NCBI GenBank assembly: GCA_020184695.1
Contig: JAANOX010000241.1
Span: forward strand, 62,001-126,000
Length of the DNA stretch: 64,000 nt
Direction: 5' to 3'
Source of the DNA: Histomonas meleagridis 2922-C6/04-290x
Lineage: Eukaryota > Protista > Parabasalia
Shown here one piece after another: positions 43,712-54,873 of the stretch. Below the pieces are notes generated by a model that saw nothing but the letters and a program-made list of their open reading frames with translations, was not told where the DNA came from and made no database searches. Made by a program: the position numbers and the translations under genes. The stretch's first letter is position 1. Every line of letters starts with the position of its first letter.

Positions 43712-46700
43712 ATGCTCTCCCTTTTCCTCTTTACATGCGCTTTGAAATTACTACAAAGTCCATCGCTTAGCAGGAAAAAAGAAACCTATAATAAATTGAA
43801 CTTAAGCCAATCAGAAATACCAAAAATAATTTATGAAGATAATTACAAAACGAATCAAATAATGCATGCACAATTACTAGGTGAGACTACAAATACATTT
43901 TCTCAATCAAATACATTAAGTCTGTCAAATACATTCTCGCAATCAAACACATTTAGTCAATCAAATACATTCTCAGAATCAAACACATACCCACAAAGTA
44001 ACACATTTAGTCAATCAAACACTTATTCACAATCAAATACTTATACACAATCAAATACTTATTCACAATCTAATACATATTCACAAAGTAACACATTTAG
44101 TCAATCAAACACTTATTCACAATCGAATACTTATACACAATCGAATACTTATTCACAAAGTAACACATTTAGTCAATCAAACACTTATACACAATCAAAT
44201 ACTTATACACAATCAAATACTTATACACAAAGTAACACATTAAGTCAATCAAACACTTATTCACAATCAAATACTTATACACAATCAAATACTTATTCAC
44301 AATCTAATACATATTCACAAAGTAACACATTTAGTCAATCAAACACTTATTCACAATCAAATACTTATACACAATCAAATACTTATTCACAAAGTAACAC
44401 ATTTAGTCAATCAAACACTTATTCACAATCAAATACTTATACACAATCAAATACTTATTCACAAAGTAACACATTAAGTCAATCAAACACTTATTCACAA
44501 TCAAATACTTATACACAATCAAATACTTATTCACAAAGTAACACATTTAGTCAATCAAACACTTATACACAATCAAATACTTATACACAATCAAATACTT
44601 ATTCACAAAGTAACACATTTAGTCAATCAAACACTTATTCACAATCAAATACTTATACACAATCAAATACTTATTCACAATCTAATACATATTCACAAAG
44701 TAACACATTTAGTCAATCAAACACTTATACACAATCAAATACTTATACACAATCAAACACTTATACACAATCAAATACTTATACACAATCGAATACTTAT
44801 TCACAATCTAATACATATTCACAAAGTAACACATTTAGTCAATCAAACACTTATACACAATCAAATACTTATACACAATCGAATACTTATTCACAATCTA
44901 ATACATATTCACAAAGTAACACATTTAGTCAATCAAACACTTATACACAATCAAATACTTATACACAATCGAATACTTATTCACAAAGTAACACATTAAG
45001 TCAATCAAACACATATTCGCAATCAAATACTTATTCACAATCTAATACATATTCACAAAGTAACACATTTAGTCAATCAAACACTTATACACAATCAAAT
45101 ACTTATACACAATCGAATACATATTCACAAAGTAACACATTAAGTCAATCAAACACATATTCGCAATCAAATACTTATTCACAATCTAATACTTATTCAC
45201 AAAGTAACACATTTAGTCAATCAAACACTTATACACAATCAAATACTTATACACAATCAAATACTTATTCACAATCAAACACCTATACACAATCTAATAC
45301 ATTAAGTCAATCAAATACTTATACACAATCAAATACTTATTCACAATCAAATACTTATTCACAATCAAACACCTATACACAATCAAACACCTATACACAA
45401 TCTAATACATTTAGTCAATCAAATACTTATACACAATCAAATACTTATTCACAATCAAATACATATTCACAATCAAATACATATTCACAAAGTAACACAT
45501 TAAGTCAATCAAACACATATTCGCAATCAAATACATATTCACAATCAAATACTTATTCACAATCAAACACCTATACACAATCTAATACATTTAGTCAATC
45601 AAATACTTATACACAATCAAATACTTATTCACAATCAAATACTTATTCACAATCAAACACCTATACACAATCAAACACCTATACACAATCTAATACATTT
45701 AGTCAATCAAATACTTATACACAATCAAATACTTATTCACAATCAAATACATATTCACAATCAAATACATATTCACAATCTAATACATTTAGTCAATCAA
45801 ACACTTATTCACAATCAAATACTTATTCACAATCAAATACTTATTCACAATCAAATACTTATTCACAATCAAATACATATTCACAATCAAATACTTATAC
45901 ACAATCAAATACTTATTCACAATCAAACACCTATACACAATCTAATACATTTAGTCAATCAAATACTTATTCACAATCAAATACTTATACACAATCAAAT
46001 ACTTATTCACAATCAAATACATATTCACAATCAAATACATATTCACAATCTAATACATTTAGTCAATCAAACACTTATTCACAATCAAATACTTATTCAC
46101 AATCAAATACTTATTCACAATCAAATACATATTCACAATCAAATACTTATTCACAATCAAATACTTATTCACAATCAAATACTTATTCACAATCAAATAC
46201 ATATTCACAATCAAACACCTATACACAATCTAATACATTTAGTCAATCAAATACTTATACACAATCAAATACTTATTCACAAAGTAACACATTTAGTCAA
46301 TCAAACACATATTCGCAATCTAATACTTATACACAATCGAATACTTATTCACAATCAAATACTTATTCACAATCAAATACTTATTCACAATCGAATACAT
46401 ATTCGCAATCAAATACATATTCACAATCAAATACTTATTCACAATCAAACACCTATACACAATCTAATACATTTAGTCAATCAAATACTTATACACAATC
46501 AAATACTTATTCACAAAGTAACACATTTAGTCAATCAAACACATATTCGCAATCTAATACTTATACACAATCAAATACTTATTCACAATCAAATACTTAT
46601 TCACAATCTAATACTTATTCACAATCGAATACATATTCGCAATCAAATACATATTCGCAATCAAATACATATTCACAATCAAATACATATTCGCAATCAA

Positions 46701-49700
46701 ATACATATTCACAATCAAATACTTATACACAATCAAATACTTATTCGCAATCTAATACATATTCTCAATCAAACACTTATACACAAAGTAACACATTTAG
46801 TCAATCAAACACATATTCGCAATCTAATACTTATACACAATCAAATACTTATACACAATCTAATACATATTCACAATCTAATACATTCAGTAAATCAAAT
46901 ACATATTCACAATCAAATACATTCTCGCAATCAAATACATATTCACAAAGTAACACATTTAGTCAATCAAACACTTATTCACAAAGTAACACATATTCAC
47001 AATCTAATACATTCTCGCAATCAAATACATATTCTCAATCTAATTCATTTTCTAACATATTTACTAATTCGAATAGCTTCTCTAACTCTTTCACAATGTC
47101 CAATACATTTACTAAAAGTGAAACATTTTCTAATACATTTTCACAATCTCACACATTCACTGATACATTTTCACAATCTAATACTCATTCACAAAGTAAC
47201 ACATTCTCGAAATCAAATACTTATTCACAATCAAATACTTATACACAATCTAATACTTATACACAATCAAACACCTATACACAATCTAATACTTATTCGC
47301 AATCTAATACATATTCACAATCTAATACATTTAGTCAATCAAATACATATTCACAATCTAATACATTTAGTCAATCAAATACATATTCACAATCAAACAC
47401 TCATACACAATCTAATACATATTCACAATCAAATACTTATTCACAATCTAATACTTATTCACAATCTAATACATATTCACAATCTAATACATTTAGTCAA
47501 TCAAACACTTATTCACAATCAAATACTTATTCACAATCAAATACTTATACACAATCAAATACTTATTCACAATCAAACACCTATACACAATCTAATACAT
47601 TTAGTCAATCAAATACTTATTCACAATCAAATACTTATACACAATCAAATACTTATTCACAATCAAATACATATTCACAATCAAATACATATTCACAATC
47701 TAATACATTTAGTCAATCAAACACTTATTCACAATCAAATACTTATTCACAATCAAATACTTATTCACAATCAAACACCTATACACAATCTAATACATTT
47801 AGTCAATCAAATACTTATACACAATCAAATACTTATTCACAATCAAATACTTATTCACAATCTAATACTTATACACAATCAAACACTTATTCACAATCAA
47901 ATACATTCAGTAAATCAAATACTTATTCACAATCAAACACCTATACACAATCAAACACCTATACACAATCTAATACATTTAGTCAATCAAATACTTATAC
48001 ACAATCAAATACTTATTCACAATCAAATACTTATTCACAATCAAATACTTATTCACAATCAAACACTTATTCACAATCAAACACCTATACACAATCTAAT
48101 ACATTTAGTCAATCAAATACTTATACACAATCAAATACTTATTCACAATCAAATACTTATTCACAATCAAATACTTATTCACAATCAAACACTTATTCAC
48201 AATCAAATACTTATTCACAATCAAATACTTATTCACAATCAAATACTTATTCACAATCAAATACTTATTCACAATCAAATACATATTCACAATCAAATAC
48301 TTATTCACAATCAAACACCTATACACAATCTAATACATTTAGTCAATCAAATACTTATACACAATCAAATACTTATTCACAATCAAATACTTATTCACAA
48401 TCTAATACTTATACACAATCAAATACATTCAGTAAATCAAACACTTATTCACAATCAAACACTTATTCACAATCAAATACATTCAGTAAATCAAATACTT
48501 ATTCACAATCAAACACTTATTCACAATCAAATACATATTCACAATCTAATACATTTAGTCAATCAAATACTTATACACAATCAAATACTTATTCACAAAG
48601 TAACACATTTAGTCAATCAAACACTTATACACAATCTAATACATATTCACAATCAAATACATTCAGTAAATCAAACACTTATTCACAATCAAACACTTAT
48701 TCACAATCAAACACCTATACACAATCTAATACATTTAGTCAATCAAACACTTATTCACAATCAAACACTTATTCACAATCAAACACTTATTCACAATCAA
48801 ACACTTATTCACAATCAAACACTTATTCACAATCAAACACTTATTCACAATCTAATACATTTAGTCAATCAAATACTTATTCACAATCAAATACATTCAG
48901 TAAATTAAATACTTATTCACAATCAAACACTTATTCACAATCAAACACCTATACACAATCTAACACATTTAGTCAATCAAATATTTATACACAATCAAAT
49001 ACTTATTCACAAAGTAACACATTTAGTCAATCAAACACTTATTCACAATCAAATACATTCAGTAAATCAAATACTTATTCACAATCAAACACCTATACAC
49101 AATCTAATACATTTAGTCAATCAAATACTTATACACAATCAAATACTTATTCACAATCAAACACTTATTCACAATCAAATACTCATTCACAATCAAATAC
49201 TTATTCACAATCAAACACCTATACACAATCTAATACATTTAGTCAATCAAATACTTATACACAATCAAATACTTATTCACAATCAAATACTTATTCACAA
49301 TCTAATACATATTCACAATCAAATACATTCAGTAAATCAAACACTTATTCACAATCAAATACTTATTCGCAATCTAATACATATTCACAATCAAATACAT
49401 TCAGTAAATCAAACACTTATTCACAATCAAATACATATTCACAATCAAATACATATTCACAATCTAATACATTTAGTCAATCAAACACTTATTCACAATC
49501 AAATACTTATTCACAATCGAATACATATTCACAATCAAATACTTATTCACAATCAAACACCTATACACAATCTAATACATTTAGTCAATCAAATACTTAT
49601 ACACAATCAAATACTTATTCACAAAGTAACACATTTAGTCAATCAAACACATATTCGCAATCTAATACTTATACACAATCGAATACTTATTCACAATCAA

Positions 49701-51787
49701 ACACTTATTCACAATCTAATACTTATTCACAATCGAATACATTCTCGCAATCTAATACATATTCACAATCAAATACATTTAGTCAATCAAATACATATTC
49801 ACAATCTAATACATATTCACAATCTAATACATTTAGTCAATCTAATACATATTCACAATCGAATACTTATTCACAATCTAATACATTTAATCAATCAAAC
49901 ACATATTCGCAATCAAATACTTATACACAAAGTAACACATTTAGTCAATCAAACACTTATTCACAATCAAACACTTATTCACAATCAAACACTTATTCAC
50001 AATCAAACACTTATTCACAATCAAACACTTATACACAAAGTAACACATTCTCGCAATCTAATACATATTCACAATCTAACACATTTAGTCAATCAAACAC
50101 ATATTCGCAATCAAATACTTATACACAAAGTAACACATTTAGTCAATCAAACACTTATTCACAATCAAACACTTATACACAAAGTAACACATTCTCGCAA
50201 TCTAATACATATTCACAATCTAATACATTTAGTCAATCAAACACATATTCGCAATCAAATACTTATTCACAATCAAACACTTATACACAATCGAATACAT
50301 TCAGTAAATCAAATACTTATACACAATCAAACACCTATACACAATCTAATACTTATTCACAATCTAATACATATTCACAATCTAATACATTTAGTCAATC
50401 TAATACTTATTCACAATCTAATACATATTCGCAATCTAATACATTTAGTCAATCAAACACTTATACACAATCTAATACATATTCGCAATCTAATACATTT
50501 AGTCAATCAAACACTTATTCACAATCTAATACATATTCACAATCTAATACATATTCACAATCTAATACATTCTCGCAATCTAATACATATTCACAATCTA
50601 ATACTTATTCACAATCTAATACATTCTCGCAATCTAATACATATTCACAATCTAATACATATTCACAATCAAATACTTATACACAATCAAATACTTATTC
50701 GCAATCTAATACATATTCTCAATCAAACACTTATACACAAAGTAACACATTTAGTCAATCAAACACATATTCGCAATCTAATACTTATTCACAATCAAAT
50801 ACTTATTCACAATCAAATACATTCTCGCAATCTAATACATATTCGCAATCTAATACATTTAGTCAATCAAACACAAATTCACAATCGAATACATATACAC
50901 AATCGAATACATATTCTCAAAGTAACACATTTAGTCAATCAAACACATATTCGCAATCAAATACTTATACACAATCAAACACTTATACACAATCTAATAC
51001 ATTCAGTGAATCAAATACATATTCTCAATCAAACACATTCTCGCAATCGAATACATATTCTCAATCAAATACTTATACACAAAGTAATACATTTGAATCA
51101 TCTAAACAGTACACACATTCCATCACATTTACAAATACAAATACATTTTTGCAAAATAGCACATTTATTTTATCCAATACATTCACAGAATCAAATATAT
51201 ACGTATTTACTAATACATTTTCTTCTTCAAATTCTTTCACGCCAACTACATATATCAAATCTAATACATTTACATCATCACTCAACTCTATTTATAGTAT
51301 TTCTTTAACGATTACAATGTCGTTTTCATATATTTTAACAATAATTCCCACAATCAAAGAAACAATTATTCCTTATTCATTTACCTCGAACACATTAATT
51401 AACACATTTATCAATTCAACATATACAAATATAAATATTATGTCAATATTTTATCAATCGAAAGTAGAACAAATCATTGATTATATAAGTCATTATTCAG
51501 AATATTTTACTTTTGTCAATGCAAATATATTAATTCCAAATGAAACTTCTTCAAATTCTTTTCCGATTATTATTATTATTGTTTGTGTAATTGTCGTTGT
51601 AGTTGTTGCTGTTTTAATTGTACTCGTAATAGTGATTCGTAATAAAATGAAAAATAATTTAATAATGGATGAAAATCAAGAAACAAATAATATCTCAGAT
51701 AATGATTCTGAGATGTATGGTAATGCAGACTCTTCAGTAGATATAGAAGTAGATCCATTTGCTGAAGATTTATCTGAAAGCATTTGA
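43712..51787 (+). CDS. Giant single-pass surface protein with hexapeptide repeat array
   Basis: Hydrophobic N-terminus, a [YF][ST]QSNT array, a TM segment at about 51566-51637, and an acidic cytosolic tail ending DPFAEDLSESI. Confidence 0.85.
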   Translation: MLSLFLFTCALKLLQSPSLSRKKETYNKLNLSQSEIPKIIYEDNYKTNQIMHAQLLGETTNTFSQSNTLSLSNTFSQSNTFSQSNTFSESNTYPQSNTFSQSNTYSQSNTYTQSNTYSQSNTYSQSNTFSQSNTYSQSNTYTQSNTYSQSNTFSQSNTYTQSNTYTQSNTYTQSNTLSQSNTYSQSNTYTQSNTYSQSNTYSQSNTFSQSNTYSQSNTYTQSNTYSQSNTFSQSNTYSQSNTYTQSNTYSQSNTLSQSNTYSQSNTYTQSNTYSQSNTFSQSNTYTQSNTYTQSNTYSQSNTFSQSNTYSQSNTYTQSNTYSQSNTYSQSNTFSQSNTYTQSNTYTQSNTYTQSNTYTQSNTYSQSNTYSQSNTFSQSNTYTQSNTYTQSNTYSQSNTYSQSNTFSQSNTYTQSNTYTQSNTYSQSNTLSQSNTYSQSNTYSQSNTYSQSNTFSQSNTYTQSNTYTQSNTYSQSNTLSQSNTYSQSNTYSQSNTYSQSNTFSQSNTYTQSNTYTQSNTYSQSNTYTQSNTLSQSNTYTQSNTYSQSNTYSQSNTYTQSNTYTQSNTFSQSNTYTQSNTYSQSNTYSQSNTYSQSNTLSQSNTYSQSNTYSQSNTYSQSNTYTQSNTFSQSNTYTQSNTYSQSNTYSQSNTYTQSNTYTQSNTFSQSNTYTQSNTYSQSNTYSQSNTYSQSNTFSQSNTYSQSNTYSQSNTYSQSNTYSQSNTYSQSNTYTQSNTYSQSNTYTQSNTFSQSNTYSQSNTYTQSNTYSQSNTYSQSNTYSQSNTFSQSNTYSQSNTYSQSNTYSQSNTYSQSNTYSQSNTYSQSNTYSQSNTYSQSNTYTQSNTFSQSNTYTQSNTYSQSNTFSQSNTYSQSNTYTQSNTYSQSNTYSQSNTYSQSNTYSQSNTYSQSNTYSQSNTYTQSNTFSQSNTYTQSNTYSQSNTFSQSNTYSQSNTYTQSNTYSQSNTYSQSNTYSQSNTYSQSNTYSQSNTYSQSNTYSQSNTYSQSNTYTQSNTYSQSNTYSQSNTYTQSNTFSQSNTYSQSNTYTQSNTYTQSNTYSQSNTFSKSNTYSQSNTFSQSNTYSQSNTFSQSNTYSQSNTYSQSNTFSQSNTYSQSNSFSNIFTNSNSFSNSFTMSNTFTKSETFSNTFSQSHTFTDTFSQSNTHSQSNTFSKSNTYSQSNTYTQSNTYTQSNTYTQSNTYSQSNTYSQSNTFSQSNTYSQSNTFSQSNTYSQSNTHTQSNTYSQSNTYSQSNTYSQSNTYSQSNTFSQSNTYSQSNTYSQSNTYTQSNTYSQSNTYTQSNTFSQSNTYSQSNTYTQSNTYSQSNTYSQSNTYSQSNTFSQSNTYSQSNTYSQSNTYSQSNTYTQSNTFSQSNTYTQSNTYSQSNTYSQSNTYTQSNTYSQSNTFSKSNTYSQSNTYTQSNTYTQSNTFSQSNTYTQSNTYSQSNTYSQSNTYSQSNTYSQSNTYTQSNTFSQSNTYTQSNTYSQSNTYSQSNTYSQSNTYSQSNTYSQSNTYSQSNTYSQSNTYSQSNTYSQSNTYSQSNTYTQSNTFSQSNTYTQSNTYSQSNTYSQSNTYTQSNTFSKSNTYSQSNTYSQSNTFSKSNTYSQSNTYSQSNTYSQSNTFSQSNTYTQSNTYSQSNTFSQSNTYTQSNTYSQSNTFSKSNTYSQSNTYSQSNTYTQSNTFSQSNTYSQSNTYSQSNTYSQSNTYSQSNTYSQSNTYSQSNTFSQSNTYSQSNTFSKLNTYSQSNTYSQSNTYTQSNTFSQSNIYTQSNTYSQSNTFSQSNTYSQSNTFSKSNTYSQSNTYTQSNTFSQSNTYTQSNTYSQSNTYSQSNTHSQSNTYSQSNTYTQSNTFSQSNTYTQSNTYSQSNTYSQSNTYSQSNTFSKSNTYSQSNTYSQSNTYSQSNTFSKSNTYSQSNTYSQSNTYSQSNTFSQSNTYSQSNTYSQSNTYSQSNTYSQSNTYTQSNTFSQSNTYTQSNTYSQSNTFSQSNTYSQSNTYTQSNTYSQSNTYSQSNTYSQSNTFSQSNTYSQSNTFSQSNTYSQSNTYSQSNTFSQSNTYSQSNTYSQSNTFNQSNTYSQSNTYTQSNTFSQSNTYSQSNTYSQSNTYSQSNTYSQSNTYTQSNTFSQSNTYSQSNTFSQSNTYSQSNTYTQSNTFSQSNTYSQSNTYTQSNTFSQSNTYSQSNTFSQSNTYSQSNTYSQSNTYTQSNTFSKSNTYTQSNTYTQSNTYSQSNTYSQSNTFSQSNTYSQSNTYSQSNTFSQSNTYTQSNTYSQSNTFSQSNTYSQSNTYSQSNTYSQSNTFSQSNTYSQSNTYSQSNTFSQSNTYSQSNTYSQSNTYTQSNTYSQSNTYSQSNTYTQSNTFSQSNTYSQSNTYSQSNTYSQSNTFSQSNTYSQSNTFSQSNTNSQSNTYTQSNTYSQSNTFSQSNTYSQSNTYTQSNTYTQSNTFSESNTYSQSNTFSQSNTYSQSNTYTQSNTFESSKQYTHSITFTNTNTFLQNSTFILSNTFTESNIYVFTNTFSSSNSFTPTTYIKSNTFTSSLNSIYSISLTITMSFSYILTIIPTIKETIIPYSFTSNTLINTFINSTYTNINIMSIFYQSKVEQIIDYISHYSEYFTFVNANILIPNETSSNSFPIIIIIVCVIVVVVVAVLIVLVIVIRNKMKNNLIMDENQETNNISDNDSEMYGNADSSVDIEVDPFAEDLSESI
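43892..51095 (+). repeat. 18-bp coding tandem repeat, about 400 units (consensus tattcacaatcaaatact)
   Basis: Directly visible. One degenerate interruption at about 47040-47190. Confidence 0.97.
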
Positions 51788-52445
51788 TGCATGAACTTTA
51801 AAGCGGAAAAATAAATGTTATCTATTGTTTCAATAAAAAAATTTATCGTTTTATATATGATAAATATTAAATTTAACTTTATAATATGAGAAAAAATTAT
51901 GAAATTTAAAAAAGTGACTATAGTAATAATGATCACTAAAATATTTGTGCATTTGTCATAAGTACATTGTTGTGATCCACGCATGAATCTCATTCATATT
52001 CTTAATAGTGATTTCCTTTATTTTACTGCGGGTTATATTAATAACATTTTACATATTTCACTAACGCGATTACATGCTTCAAAGACTTGAAATTAAATGA
52101 TAATTTTTGAAAACATAACCAATGATATTATACTTAGTACCGCTTATAAAAATGTAAAGTTAAAGTAATTACCATTTTTAATAAAAAGGATTTTAAGGGT
52201 TATTAGTATTATATTTAGAAATTAAACTGTTTTACTTAAATATTATCAAATTTTACATAAATAAAATTTATTTATTTAGTGAAAACATCTCTTTAATTTA
52301 AATCATATGATATTATAAAAGTAAAATTTATCATAATTTACTATTGCATTAAACTTCTTCATGGTGACATATCATGAAAAGATTGAAAACAATTTGAAGA
52401 TAAATATAAATCTTTATTAGAAATAGAAAATCAAAAAATGATTAC

Positions 52446-53240
52446 TTAGAATTTTTCCTCATTGAAATCAATGTATGTATTATTATCGTAATATTGTGTT
52501 ATTAAGTCTATTTGTGCCACAACACGTACAACTTCTTCATCATCCAATGGATTAAATGGAATAAACTGAAGAAGGTTAAACTGTTCTATTAATTCGCATA
52601 TTTTTGCTGTTAAATGTTCAAGTCGTGGATTCGTTGCAACAGCTCCGTATAGTGCTGTGGTATTCATATCACAGAACTCGTCGATTTTTTGCCTCATATC
52701 TTCTGATAATAGATCGCATTTTGACATCAAACAAATATGTGGAATTTCGATAATTGTTATTGCTGATATTGCAGCTAAACATCCACTTAAAAACTTGGAT
52801 GGATCAACCATGAACTGTGAGTCAAGAAGAAATATTCCAATGATATGATATCCTTTTTCTTGTAAAATTCTAAATAATCTTGGCATGATATCAAGATGAG
52901 TAAACAATTCTATTTGTCCTGGGAGATCAATAAGAAGATAATCATCTTCATGTTCTCCTATCTCTTCATCAAACCATTGTTGATTTTGTACAATTGACTC
53001 AAGACAATAGATAAGACCACCATTCGGACCGAACCCCTTTTCTTCCATAACAGCTTGAATATCTATTGCACTTCTTATGTCTACAGTTGCCACATAAGGA
53101 AGTTCATCTACTGCAGGATCTAAATTCACAGCGACAACTGTTCTCTTGATAATATCGAAATGTTCCATCATTCGCTTTATGTATGTTGATTTTCCAGATC
53201 CCGCGGGACCCATCACTATTTGCGCGTACCTATTGGACAT
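52446..53240 (-). CDS. GPN3: GPN-loop GTPase 3
   Basis: RYAQIVMGPAGSGKSTY, NLDPA, GFGPNGGLIYCLE, DLPGQIELFTH. Confidence 0.88.
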   Translation of the reverse strand: MSNRYAQIVMGPAGSGKSTYIKRMMEHFDIIKRTVVAVNLDPAVDELPYVATVDIRSAIDIQAVMEEKGFGPNGGLIYCLESIVQNQQWFDEEIGEHEDDYLLIDLPGQIELFTHLDIMPRLFRILQEKGYHIIGIFLLDSQFMVDPSKFLSGCLAAISAITIIEIPHICLMSKCDLLSEDMRQKIDEFCDMNTTALYGAVATNPRLEHLTAKICELIEQFNLLQFIPFNPLDDEEVVRVVAQIDLITQYYDNNTYIDFNEEKF

Positions 53241-53395
53241 GAATAAACGGCCTCATGAAAGCCGATACACCAAATTGAATTCGATTACATCGTTTCGTCA
53301 GAAAATTCTATCGGCGACTTAATTAAAATCAAAAAAATGAAGGATTTCTTTATTCGGTATATATTTGGTAAAAAAGAAAAAAGAAAATTAATTAA

Positions 53396-54559
53396 TTAAT
53401 CGTCAAATCCATCATCGAATTCTGTATCTTGTTCTTGCGCCACTGCGAATTTTAACACTGCTGCAATGCCGCCGAGATCATTTAATTGTGTTCCGCTCTG
53501 ATGTTTTGTCGAGAATATAACAACTTCTGTTTGATTCTTTTCGAGGTTTTCCTTCATTTGCAAGAAACTTAATCTTTCTTCCAATGGCAATGATTTAATG
53601 TAACTATCTGTAACTAGCAAAGTTTTAATTGCTGTTTCTTCATAACACTTTTGTACATTCTTTTGTCCTAATGCAATCATGTCCATATTTTTGTTCATCT
53701 CCTTAAGCAATTGGTTCATAGCATTCGCTTGAACAGTCGCCTTAAGAGTTTGAACATGTTTCTGCATCTCCGGTTGCGACAAAAGTGCTTCAAGTTCCTG
53801 GGGGTGCCCCGAGGAAACGGTTCCGGTGACAAATTTGTTCTGTTGGAACGCTGCGGAGAGGTTATACTTTGATTGGTTATTTCGGAGGTATGCCAAGAAT
53901 TCGGACTGAAGGAAGCCGGGTGAAGCGATAATGATACATTTCATATCATCTATTTTGATATCATTGACAAGTGCTTCTGCTGTCATTTGGAAGAACTTGA
54001 GCTTAGCTTCCATGTTCTTACCGCTGGAGCCATGAGCTTTGACTTTGGGAATAGCTTTTTGAACTTTCCTGCAAATTACTGTGGAATTACGGCCAACAAT
54101 ACAGATGTTGGCAAGCCCAGATTGCATCATTACGGCAGCAACAGTCGCATCGCTAACTGGATCGGATGCTTCTCTGATTTGATCTATTGAAAATTGATCC
54201 CATCGTTCTTTGATGATTGAAAAAGGTCGTCCTTGCTCAAGTAAAATTCTCTGTGGAGCTCCAACTCGAGCATCTTCAACTTCATGTGTAAGTGTTCCTC
54301 TAAGATTCATTTCATTAACACCAGATTGATAATCAATTTCGGTGATCTTCACAACTGCTTTTGTGATTACTTGACGTGCTTCCGATTTTCCTGTGGATGA
54401 AATGTTTTTTACTTTTCTTCTGATTTGTGATCGGATACAATCGCCAACATGTATAACATTTGCAAGTGTCCAAAAATCTTCGATGTTATCTATGGTAATT
54501 TGTAGTTCGCCTGTACCAGTGGCAAGGATATTTGCAAAGGCTTTCTGATCAATCTTCAT
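53396..54559 (-). CDS. PELO: Pelota/Dom34 (eRF1 family) ribosome rescue factor
   Basis: EDFWTLANVI-GD, IIIASPGF, LLVTDS, IFSTKHQSG-QL-LGGIAAVLKF. Confidence 0.92.
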   Translation of the reverse strand: MKIDQKAFANILATGTGELQITIDNIEDFWTLANVIHVGDCIRSQIRRKVKNISSTGKSEARQVITKAVVKITEIDYQSGVNEMNLRGTLTHEVEDARVGAPQRILLEQGRPFSIIKERWDQFSIDQIREASDPVSDATVAAVMMQSGLANICIVGRNSTVICRKVQKAIPKVKAHGSSGKNMEAKLKFFQMTAEALVNDIKIDDMKCIIIASPGFLQSEFLAYLRNNQSKYNLSAAFQQNKFVTGTVSSGHPQELEALLSQPEMQKHVQTLKATVQANAMNQLLKEMNKNMDMIALGQKNVQKCYEETAIKTLLVTDSYIKSLPLEERLSFLQMKENLEKNQTEVVIFSTKHQSGTQLNDLGGIAAVLKFAVAQEQDTEFDDGFDD

Positions 54560-54873
54560 TTTTTGAAGCGACTAACAATGAAGACCGTTTAAATAATAAT
54601 TTCGGTTTTGCCATAGCCTTTCAAAATTTTTGTGATTGAAAGGTTACTTGGTCGGCATTTGATGACCACGATCGAAAGTTTTTGTGTTTTTTCCAGAAAA
54701 TTCGTCATTAAAAGCAATAAATTGTTTTAACTAATGAAGTCTTTTTTCTTGTAAATTTTACTTATGAATAAAATTAATCAATAAATTTATCAATAATTTT
54801 ACCAAACTTCAATAGAATGTCGAAACAAAAGACAGTTTCATGGATACAGTTATTTTTACTAATGAATATTTCA

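Noticed and set aside
47118-48908. 596-aa alternative-frame ORF (HNQILI repeats) and antisense ORF 48105-48326
   Set aside because: These are by-products of the 18-bp coding repeat.
53396-54559. Pelota as a partner of a putative ribosome-bypass system
   Set aside because: It is a universal housekeeping gene, and proximity in a eukaryotic genome is not evidence of a link.
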